From: Amoebophrya sp. A120
Lineage: Eukaryota; Protista; Dinoflagellata
Length of the DNA stretch: 64,000 nucleotides
Assembly (NCBI GenBank): GCA_905178155.1
Contig: CAJINV010000004.1
Coordinates: 404,969-468,968 of the forward strand
Reading direction: 5' to 3'
Program-made: the position numbers and the translations under genes
Notes under the pieces: model-generated
What the model saw: the letters and a program-made list of their open reading frames with translations, nothing else
What the model was told of the DNA's origin: nothing
The model's database searches: none
Shown: in pieces, positions 12,001-24,000 of the stretch
How positions within the stretch are numbered: the first letter of the stretch is position 1
Layout: each line of letters opens with the position of its first letter

Positions 12001-15000
12001 GCGTGACTCTTGCAGCTCCAGACGTATTTGCATTTGATAGGCGGAGGAGCAAAGCAAGAAAAACGCAGCCAGTTTCTATGTCTCCGTGACCATCCAACTT
12101 CCCCCGTCGCAAGTGTCCAACTTTGAAAGCTATTGGGCGCCCAGCGGCTTGACGGCGAGCTCTGCGGGGATCGCGAGTCTCTCTACCGCTCTCGTCACCG
12201 CGGTTTCGCAGCAGGCGAGCTTGGCTTCGATCGTGACGGTCACGGGGATCGAACCGAAAGAGGTGACCACAACGACCACCACCACGACGACGACCACGCT
12301 GCAGACTCTGATCCGCAAGTTCTCCATGGAGTTTACCACAAGTCCGTCGAACGACGCGCAGGCGAATGACACAACGACTGATCCGGTGATGATTGCCGCG
12401 ATGGATAAGGCCGTGTTGAGCTTTATCCGGGATTCCTTAGGTGTGACAGACATCCAGGAGGACAACATTGTCTCCCTTGCCATGACGGTGGAGAACCCGG
12501 GACAGAGCCCAACGGTGTCGATCGTGACGGTAAACTTCGTCGGTGCGGACTTGACTGACCTGGCGGATTCCTGGTCGCACTATCCGTTTTTAGCGAACAG
12601 CACGGAGGAAGCAGCTTTGAAAGCCGTGCTCCAGAAGGAAGTCACGGATGTGACGGTGCCGGGGATCGTGGCTGTCACCGAAGCGGACAGCATGGCCAGC
12701 CCGACCACAACGACAACGACGACAACGAGTACAACAACGACTACCACAACCACCACGACTACGACGACGACCAGCACCACGACGACAACCACGACTCTGA
12801 TGCAAGTGACAAGGATTTTCTCGCTCGAGTTCCTCGTGGACGGAAGTGTTTTACCCGAGGACATGGTGCAGGAGGTGACGCTGATCGAAAAGGTGCGCGA
12901 CGCTGTGGTGTCCTTTATCACGAACGATTTGCAGGTGAGTAACTTTATCGCGTCCATGATCACCTCGCTCAAAATGAGCGTGGAGAACACGATGAATGTC
13001 GCTGCCATGGCTACGACGGGCGCCCGGATTTCGATCAACTCTACCGTCACGGTTGGCTTCCAAGCATTTGACTTGACCGAGTTGCAAACCAAGTGGACGT
13101 ACCAACCCTTTCAATCAACCGACACGAAAGAAGACCAGCTGCAGACCGCGTTGACTTCCAATATCGATTCCAGCTCGGTGCCGGGCGTCGTCGAGGTGAC
13201 GCAGAGCAACAGCATGCTGAGCCCAACGACCACCACGACGACGACTTCGACCACGGTGACGACGACGAACACGACGACAACGACGGTTATCACTTTACAG
13301 AAGTTACTCCGGGTCTTCGATATGGAGTTTAAAGTTACCGATACGACCGATGAGGACGCTATTGTAGTTGATACTGATCTACTGGAATCCGTCAAAACCG
13401 CGATGATGGATTTCATCGCCAACACGCTGAACATCAACACTTTGATATCAAATGCAAATATGTCTGGATCTGGATAAGTTCGGACTTTGTCATGCTGTTT
13501 TTGCATCACCCGGAAGTACTGGCATACCAGCAATAGCATCACAGGTTTGGAGGTTGCCCAATGTCTATCTCGCATGAGAAATTCCAGACTTTGGTAACGG
13601 GAAGCAGGTTGCTTTTGCTGTCCATGCATGACAGATTTCCGTCTGACCCTAAATGCGCATCACAAGAAGTTGATCTCTTCCAGACCCAGACGCATTTGCT
13701 ATGCATATTTGACGAAAGCCAACAACATCGAATCGGTCACGATCACCAAGAACCAAGACGCGACGGTGAACGCAGTATGCATTGCAGAAGTATCGTACTA
13801 CTGGAAAAAATCGCATGACAAATTTTGTCAGCATGAGAGAGAAAATTTGTAATGGAGATGCACCTTAATGTGTAGATTTGTAATGCGTGACTGCGATAGT
13901 TCGTACGAGTGCGATACTTTTGCAATGCATACCCGGCCGACAGCAGCAAGACGCTGAACACCACCGTGCAAATCATGTTCCAGGGAATCGACCTCTCCGA
14001 CCTCGCAGCCGCGTGGGACGGAACTCCGTTCAGTTTTGGTAGTGCGGAGGAAGTGAAGTTGGAGGAAGCGGTGCAGAACGCCTATGCCGTGTGCAAAAGT
14101 AGTGTAGATGAAGTGAACCTTGATAAAGTAAGACAAATGTGTGCTGCACCACATACATTCATCAGAAGCACCTTGGTTTGGTAGTAGAGTATACCATCGG
14201 GCATAGAGTTACCCTGGAAGGTGTACGAGCTCACGTCTGGTTCCCAGTCATTAGTGCAAAACTTTACTGCGATAGCGCAGTGCTGTATAATGTTATTCAC
14301 GATGGTGCTACTGATCTGATTATAATGCGCATGCAACACCGTGGTGCGTAACTTTAAACAGGATGGTATGCTTTGCATGAGAAAAGTGAAACCCTTCCAC
14401 CTTGTTCAACGCGAAACTCATCTGAGCATTAATGCAAATTCTTGTAAATGTGATCGACGGCGTTAGAACAAAATTTCTAGCCATCTGATTTTCACTAGGT
14501 CTACGTACGCTACTCTTGTACCATTGCATACCCCCATCACCCCGACAACCGTGCCTGCCGTGAAGGAGGTGACGGATACGGTCAGTAAGAACACAGACGA
14601 CTACACGACCACCACGACAACGACTAGCACGAGCACCACGACGGTCACAGTCACAACCACGACCACCGTCACCACCAGCGAGCCCCCGCCGGTCACCGAG
14701 GTGACCCGGAACTTCGGCATGGAGTTCACGGTGGATCAAAATTTCGACGTGACCAACCTGCCGTCCAACCTCGAGCTTGTGTCAGAGTTGAAGAACGCCA
14801 TGGTGAATTTCACAACGGAGTACCTCGGCTTAAACCCATCGGACATTGGCACGAGCAACATTCCGAACCTGGTTGTTATTGTGAATGGTGTGGTCAATGT
14901 GACTGATGCTAGTGGGAACGTGATCGGCCAGAAAATCAACGCGACGATCCAGGTCGAGTTCATCGGTTCCGATTTAACCGACTTGGCGAACAGCTGGAGC

Positions 15001-18000
15001 ACGGACCCGTTTTTGCCCAGTAGCAACAAGGAAACCCAATTAGCGGACTCGGTGGAGTCTTTTGTGCAACCGAACACCGTTTCCGGGCTCGTCACCGTGG
15101 ACAACACGCAGTCGGAGCAGAGCCCGACGACAAGCACGACGACGACGACAAGTTCGACAACCACGACGAGTACCAGTACGACCTCTTCGACCACAACCTC
15201 CACCACCACCACCATCGGGCCGGACAAGGTGACGCGGAATTTCGACATGGAATTTACCATCGAAAACGGGGTGGACCCCTACGCGCTGGTCACGGGCACT
15301 GATATGGTAACCGAGATGTCCGAGGCGCTGATCGACTTCGTAAGGAACAGTTTATTGTCGCAAAGTTTGAACATCACTGCGGCGGAAAATATTGAAAACC
15401 TACTGATCACCGTGGACAGTGTGGACGACAGTACTGACCCGCGGACCGTGAAGGTCAGCGTTTCCGTGAACTTCACGGCGCCCGATTTGGACAGTCTGTA
15501 CAACGCCTGGACCTGTGACGCCTTCCCCGGGGACACGAAGGAACAGGTATTACAATGAAAAATGCCCCCTCCCCATATCAAAACGGAAATCTGTGATGCA
15601 GATTTGTGGTCACAAATCAGCTTTGTGATGCTAGAAGGCAAAAGATGCGAAGTGTAGTGCTGTCTAGCGTGGGAAAGCCTTGCAGCTCCAGGATGACAGG
15701 AGGCAACTGGAAGTGGGAAACAGCATGACAGATTACCCGCAATTTAGGCCGCAGCTTCGTCTCTTGGCTTTCTAGCAATACAAGTCGATTTGTGTACTCA
15801 AATACAGCATCACAAATTCGCGCATCTGTCGTTTCCGATATGGGGTGGGGGCGGCTTTTTTCACTTTGATAACAGGCACTGCAGGAGAAGCTGCGCGAGT
15901 ACATGGACGACGGGGACGTGATCGGCGTGAAGCAAGTGACGAACGCGATCAGTGTGGATTATGCATTGCAAATACGTGTGGGTCTGGAAGCAAGGGTGCA
16001 ACTTGTGATGCTGTCTTTGGATTCTAAAAAAATCTGTATTGCATGGCCAGCAAGAGTAGAGGAGTCCAGTTTGTGCTACGTGGCGAGGGCATTTCTAATG
16101 CGGAATAGGCATCAGGAAACCTTTCAAAAATTTATGATGCTAGGTCATGCATTGCAGGCATGATGAGCCAAGCAAAACATGCATGACAAACCTGACAATC
16201 CAGACGCAGACATATTCGCACTTGATATGTACTCGCCGACCACCACGTCCTCGACAACCACGACGACCGGGACGGGGACAACGACCACCACGGCTACAGG
16301 CACCTATGCATTGCAAATATGTCTGGGTCTGGAACAAGATTGCGACTTGTCATGCTAAATCCAAAGCATGCAGAAATTTGTGTTGCATGAGCGCCAAAAG
16401 CTGTCCACTTTCGACCAAGTTGGGAGGGAGTTTCCCATGCAGGACAGGCATGACGGAGACCTCGCAGAGTCTGTCATGCTAGGTCCCGCATTCCAGACCT
16501 CATGGGTCATGGAAAATATGCATGACAAGTCTGTACTCTTCCAGACCCAGACATTTTTGCATTTGATAGCACCACCACAACCACGGTTACCAACACGACG
16601 ACCACAACGGTCACGACCACGACCGGGACGACTTCGACCACCACTAGCACGACCACTCTTCCCGTTCTCCTCCGGGCGTTCGACCTGTCGGTCACCTTGA
16701 ACAGCACCGTGATGCAATCTGGCGCGGACGCGGCCATCGCGTCTCCCGAGTTCCAGGACGCGGTTAGAGTTGCGGTCTTCAACTGGATGAGCACCACGAA
16801 TCCTGGCATGCCATTCACTCTAGAGGACTTGGATATCAGCATCGCAAGTGTGGACCAGGGGACCGGGGAAGTGGAATTAGAAATTCAACTCGCGATTCGC
16901 ACCGAAGACCCGGCGCAAGTGGAGGCCGTTTGGCCGACACCGGGGTTGACGAACACGACCGATTTGCTGGTTTTCGTGAAGGACAAGGTCGACACGGACG
17001 TCGGCGCGGGGATCGCACCGACCACGGTTGTATCCAAACCAGCGCCCACGACAACCACCACGACCACAACCACCACGACGGCAGCGACACTGGTTCGGGA
17101 GTTTTCGCTCGTTTTACTCATCGACGACGACACGGGCGCGATATGAACTGCAAAAGTTTCGTATTCGTATAAATGCATCACAAATTTCCTCAGCATGAGA
17201 AATATAAATAAAATTTGCAATGCAAATTTACCTTAACAAAAGGATTTGCAATGCATGATTGCAATACGAGTGCTATACTTTTGCACAGGATACGTGACGG
17301 ACGAAGACAATTTGGACGACGATCCCGCGGTATCAACTGTAAAAATGTCTGGGTCTGGAAGAATCCAACTTGTCATGCTAATTTTGGATGCTAAAAAAAT
17401 CTGTATTGCATGAGCAGCAAAGAGAGTCCAAGTTTTGCTACACGGAAAGAGCATTTGTCATGCGGTATAGGCATCAGGAAGCCCTCACAAAATCTGTGAT
17501 GCTAGGGCATGCGTCACAGGTATCAGGAGTCATGCAAAATGTGCATGACAAACCTGGCAATCTTCCAGACCCAGACATTTTTACATTTGATACGCGGTGC
17601 AGGCGGCCATTGACGCCGCGGTGGAGAATTTCATCAAGGACACGCTGGGACTGACGAGCCCGGCCATTCTGCCCGACGATTACCGCGTCGTGCTCGATGT
17701 GGCGGAGACCCTGCCCGGCAGCGCGGGCACGAGTGTGATCATCAAGGCCACAGTGATTGCGGTCGCGGAGCCGGATAAGATTGACGCTTTGGCGAACGTG
17801 TGGACGGCGCAGGAGATGGACAACGCAGTGAATAGCGGTTATCAAATGCAAAAGCATCGTGCTCGTACTAATTGCAATCATGCATGACAAATCGTATTTC
17901 GTAGCCAAATCAGCATTACAAACTTTATTTTTCCTTCTGATAAAATTTGTATTGCGATTACTATACATTATATTCATGCGAAAAAAGAGGTAGACAGAGG

Positions 18001-21000
18001 GTCCCAGAGAGGTGGCCGAGAGGTAAAAAAGAGGTCGACAGAGGTAGAAAAGAGGTCGACAGAGGTGGAGAGGTGGCGCGGGACCCCGTTCGAGAGGGTC
18101 CGCGAGAGGGTGCGCGAATAAGGCCCGCAGTAAGCGCCCACCCTTAGGCGCCGCCTAAGTGGCACAGAGGGTGCAGAGAGGTCAAAAAGAGGGCGCGCGA
18201 GAGGTCGACAGAGGTGGAGAGAGGTGTTGCGAATAAGGGGCGACCTCTCGCGGACCCTCTTGGCCACCTCCCGGCCACCTCTGTCGACCTCTGCCCGCGA
18301 GTATAGCCGGACTATTAGCGGGGACCCCAAAAGAGGTCAAAAAGAGGGTCTGCGAGAGGTCTGCGAGAGGGTAAAAGCACAAAGAAGCGGCGCGAATCCG
18401 CATGGTAGTGCCCATATTTGGCACTGCAGGCCATTCGCGGACTTGTTTTGTTCGGCGCCTTTCCGTGCCGCCCTCTCGCGCACCCTCTCGCGCACCCTCT
18501 CGCGCCCCCCTCTCGCGCCACCCTCTCGCGCACCCTCTCGCGCCACCCTCTCGCGCCACCCTCTCGCGCACCCTCTCGCGCCACCCTCTCGCGCCACCCT
18601 CTCGCGCCACCCTCTCGCGCCACCCTCCCGCGCCACCCTCTCCCACCATGCGGCTTCTGTTCGCCCCCGGTGTTCTTTGCAGCTGCTCCCTGCGCAGAGC
18701 GCCCACAGGCGCGGGAAGCGCGCAAGTGGTCCTGCGGCTTGGCGCGGCGCAAATCGGCGGCAGGGATCCAGTATGTTTCGTTGTGCCTACTAGGCCCGTG
18801 GGGTTGTGGTCCGAGCGGCAAATAGCCTTGCCCCGGCCCAACAGCCTTGCGCTCCGGCGGCAGCCGGAGCATGGCTGGTTTATACTAGTTCGTTACTTTT
18901 GCAATGCATAGCGGTCTAACGACCAAAATTGAAACCGCGATCGCGGCGGACGCTGGTCTGAAGGATTTGGCGGACGTTGTCGGGAGTAGCACCTTGACTG
19001 TGACTACCACAACGACCACAACGAGCACCACAACCACGACCACGACCACCACGACTACATATTCCACGACCACCAACCCGTTGCTCCCCAGGGGTTTGGA
19101 GCTCACGTTGAATGTGCCCAGCGCGGCGACAGGCTTGGCGGCCGCGTTGGCGGACCCGGATCTGATATGACGGTGCACAACTCCTGTAGTTCCCCCTCAT
19201 TTGTATAGCAAGAACAGAAATAGAAACGCCAGCACATCACATGGAGCCTAGGCATGACAAATTTGTCGTGTACCTAATGTAGTACTGTTTGGGCTTCTTC
19301 CGAAATTTGCCATGCAAACAGTGCTACAGGGCAGCGACTGGATTCGGGATTTTGCATGACGAATGAGGGGCAGTGGGGGGGTTGTGCACTGTCATATCTG
19401 AGGGAGGGGGTGCTGAAGGGGTTGGAGGAGTTATGGGGGTGTCAGGATTGAAATCGTCAAAGTTGAACAAATAGTTTGTCATGCATAAAATGCAACGCAG
19501 AAAATGCCTGTCTTGCAGAGTAGGCAAGTGTGGCAGATTGTAAGCCTGTTGAGGGGTAGAAAGTGAGCTGCTAAAGTAGCATGAGAAAAGGCGTCTTCCT
19601 TACCCAAACAGCATGACAAACTGGATTGCGGCTCTACCCAAATTTGTCATGCGCCACTTGGAAACAGGGTTCCAACTTTCATCCATTTTATGCATTACAA
19701 GTTAATATTGCAACTTTGTCGATTTCAACTCTGACACATTCATAGCAGTGGTTCGAACTGTACAACATTGACGTGAACACCACGAATCTGGTATCCAAAT
19801 GAGAATATTCCCCCTCCCCATATCAGAATGGAAATTTGTGATGCTGATTTGTGGTCACAAATCATCTTTGTATTGCCTATAGGGCAATAGGAGCCATGGG
19901 GCGCATTTCAAAGCCAATCAGTCATGCGCTTTCGGCTACTGCAAACCTGTTTGCCATGCGTAATTGCTAGCCTTCTGCATACGGAAACAGGCGCAGAAAA
20001 TGCCGCCAAGCACTTTCTGCAAGAGAGATCTGATTTGTGTACGCACGTTTAGCATCAGAAGCTTCGTTATTTTGAAATGGGGAGGGAGGGTTTTTCCTCA
20101 CAATATGTGGAAGACCTGCAGATCAGCCCGAAGGATCCGAACGACCCGGGTCCGGACGTTGCGGTCGAGATTACCTTCAGCGTGCGTGTGGACGAGGCTC
20201 TGGTCGACGACATCGACGCCGCGTGGGACCCCGACACGACTATGAATATCAACAGTAATGAATTGCAAAACCTTGTCGACAAGATTGAATCCGAAGTGGC
20301 GAACTCGGGCACCCAGGTCGCAACGGTAGCCCCGTTCTCCCCGGCAGCGCCAAACGCGGGCACGGTGATTATTGTCACTACAACCACGACATCAACCACG
20401 ACATCCACCACGACAACCACAACGACGACAACCACCACGGTCCCGACCGTGACACGGGGCTTCTCCTTCAGTTTCTCCATGGACGAAATGACCGAAGACG
20501 CCACCAGTGTGGTGAGCAACGCAGCCTTGCAGGACCAGGTGAAATCCGCGTTACTCAGCTTCATCGAAACGACGCTCGGGGTTGCGGGCGTCACCCTCGC
20601 GGACATCGCGAACTTTGTCCCGACCGTGTTGTTCGAGCAGGACAGCGGAACCGGGGAACGGACGATTGTCGTGACTACGGATCTCACTTTCACGAGTACT
20701 GACGGGGACCTGATCGCCAGTATCGCGAACGCTTGGAAGAACGACAACAGCACGATTGACCAGGGACTTCGGCAGGCGTTGAATGACCCCGTGAACGGCT
20801 TGCCCGCGGTGCAAAACGTGTTAGCCGTCGAAGGGGGAAAGTTGCTGAAACCGACGGACGTGTACCTGCCGGGGGCGAGTACTACGACGTCTAGCAGTAC
20901 AAGCACAAGTACGACCACCTCCACAACGACGACGACCTCCACAAGTACCACCACGACGCTCCCGCTCCTCCCTCGTGATTTCGAGGTCCAGGTGGTCGTT

Positions 21001-24000
21001 GACACGACTTTGATCACGAAGGAGCACGCACTGGAGAGCACAAATTTAGGTGCAGCGATCGAGATTGCGACGCTTGGGTTCTTCGCGGACCAAAATGCCT
21101 TGCTGCAGAATCAGCTGGAGATCGAAAACATCACACTCGCCGAGGTCACGTCGGCGCTCATGCTTTTGCAAGACGGCGCAGCAGAAACACAAAGTTCGAG
21201 GAAGAACAAGTTCGGCGTTTCAAAAAGCACAGCGCAGATAAAATCCTCTGTCATCGATATGAAGGTCCGCGTGACCCTGGGGATCCGGACACCCCATGAC
21301 TTAGTCGACGACGTCGACGTGATCTGGGACCCGCAGAATGGGCTGAGCGCCACAGAAAAAACCCGGTTTGAAGACGACTTCCTAAAAGTCGAAATCGAGA
21401 AAGTCACTGGACTAGGCATGTCGGGAACAGTAACCATCTATCCGGTGACGACAACGACGACCACAAGTACGACAAGTACGACTAACACGACGAGCACCAC
21501 GACCACCTCCACGAGCACTACCACGACGACGACCACCTCTACCACCACAACCACTGTCCCGGTGATCATGCGCGCGTACGAACTGAACTTCACGCTCCCG
21601 AGCGGGAAGAGCGCGAAGGAGGTAAGCAGCATGGCCGGACTGATTGACGCGGTCAAAAACGGGACTTGGTTCTATCTGAACGAGGACCCCGCGATTAGCA
21701 TCACACTGGCCGAGATGGTGCAATTCGAGTTGGAGCCGTCTCTTGCAGGGACATTTAACTTGTCTGATAACCATAACTCACAAATCGCCGCGCTCGACAT
21801 TTCCTACACGGTGGAGGTCCCTTCGCCGAACATCTTGTCTGACTTCCAGCTGCGGTGGCCGGACCCCGATTTGTCAGACACTATCACAGGAAAAAAGTGT
21901 TGCAGTTACACATTTGTCGGAGTTTCTGCATCACAAAGTTGCTCGACATGCGAAAAAAACCTGTGATGCGCAGACTACTAGGGAAAAAACGCATGAAATG
22001 AGGCCGGCAAGCATTTTCTGCATGACAGAGGTTGTCTGTCTTGCTTGTTCTTGTCTCCCATCGGAATGTGTAACTGTAACACTTTTTTCTCACGATAGAC
22101 ACCGGGAGGCAATTACTGACGTTGTATGTGAAGGAATCTGTCGCGCTCGCGGCGATTCCGGACGTGCTGGTCGCTGGTGACATCAAGTCGCTTATTTCCC
22201 CAACAACGACAACCACCACGACGACCACGACAGTCACCACCACAACGGTGACAACGACCACCACTACGACCACCGAGGGGGATTTGGTTCGGGTTTTTAG
22301 TAGCGTCATCACGTTACCCGCGGATGCGAACGGGGTTTTGCCGACGGAGCAAGAGGTCAAGGATTTGCTTTCGTCTGATTTGTTGACCGGTACTATGAAA
22401 TCCGCTTTGCTTGATTTCGTGGAAAGTACTCTTGGACTAACACCTGGAATTTTGACTATCGATGATCTCGCGAGTTTGAACCTAGAACTTGCCGCAGCTC
22501 TGCCGAACGAGGGTGGTACCGAAATGTCGGTCGTTATCCGGGCGAGTTTGACTGCGAGTGGCGAACCTGGAGTGATTTATCAAATGTAAAAATGTCTGGG
22601 TCTGGAAGATTGCAACTTGTCATGCTGTTTTTGGACTCTAAAAAAATTTGTATTGCATGACCAGCAAGAGAGGTACAGTTTGTGCCACACGGACAGGGCA
22701 TTTCTCATGCAGAAGGTGCATCAGGAAGCCCTCTAAAAGTCTGTGATGCTAGGTCATGCATTACAGACATCATGGGTTATGGGAAATATGCATGACAAAT
22801 CGCGCATTCTTCCAGACCCAGACATTTTTGCATTTGATATGATTGAGCAGCTGGAAAATGTCTGGAATGCCACGGAGATGGGGACCAGCACGAACTCCGG
22901 TTTAACCACGGCGATTGCCGCGGCGATCGACAGTGAGACGCAACTGGACATCACGAAGGTGGTGGGTGCGAGCACGTTGACCGTTTCCACGACAACCACA
23001 ACGACTTCCACCACTACCTCCACGACCACGACGACAACAACTTCGACTACCGTGACCGAGCCTTTGCTGATGAAGGGCTTGTATCCATTGCAAAAGCATC
23101 GTCTACTCCTACTAATCGCAGTCATGCACTACAGAACTAGTCTCTAATACCGAATTCTGCATGATAAATTTCAATTTTCTTCTTGACGGAATTTGTCATG
23201 CGATTCATCCTAGAAGTCACCGATGCTTTTGCAATGCATAGGTTGGAGCTCACCTTGAACATTCCCAACGCACAAGACGTGAACGGGGTCTTGACCGATC
23301 CGAATCTCCCCCGCACCTTTGTCGCCGCTGTCATCGACTACTTCTTGAAGGAAACTGGGATCCAGCTGGATCCGGCGGATATCGAAAATCTGCAAATCAC
23401 CCAGAAACCCAACACTTTTTCCCCCGACATCGGGGTCGAGGTCACCTTCGGCATCCGCGCTGACCCAATTGTGGTCGACGACTTGAACACCGCGTGGTCG
23501 CCGGCGGCACCGATGACGAGTGGAGCGGAGATTGACTCTTTACTTAGTTCTTTGTCGGACACGGTCGCGAACAACGCGGCGGTTCTGAATGGAACAGTCG
23601 CCATTGACCCTGCTACGTCTGGGCTGCAAACAGTGTTGGTCCCCACGACAACTACCACCACGACAACCACGACGACTTTACCTATCCTGACCCGTGGGTT
23701 CGCTTTGGAGCTGAACATTCCGAGTGGTCAAATCGATGCCACTCTGGCAGACGCAGATCTGCAAAACGCGGTGAAAGCGGCCATTGAGGAATTCTTCTTC
23801 AACGCGACCGGCGGGGGCGTGACCTTGACTGGGCAGGAGATCGAGAATCTACAAATCATCCCCGTCGACATCACGAAGCAACCCATTGAGGTCGAGATCA
23901 CGTTTGACGTGCGGGTGGAAGAAGGTCTGGTGGACGAGGTAAACGCCGCTTGGGACCCGACGGTCGTCATGGATCCGCAGGGGGTCAAAGCGCAGGACAT

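Larger units (their letters stand above)
17840..18910. mobile_element. Introner family D carrying a nested ~0.92-kb insertion
   Basis: tatcaaatgcaaaagcatcg...ttacttttgcaatgcata; TSD gcggt; the host halves rejoin to match 34171-34320. Confidence 0.85.

Noticed and set aside
18851-18870. GC hairpin as a rho-independent terminator
   Set aside because: Eukaryotic intronic context and no adjacent U-tract; it is better explained as a Helitron-type 3' hairpin.
18182-18911. Overlapping ORFs of 99-219 aa on both strands
   Set aside because: Stop-free by-product of the GC-rich minisatellite; no transposase or RepHel motifs.
15548-20105. Family H tips appearing to follow gene orientation (tatt.. on the left, ..ttgata on the right in both 6779 and inverted 15548)
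   Set aside because: The third copy, 19792-20105, shows the opposite arrangement, so there is no consistent rule.
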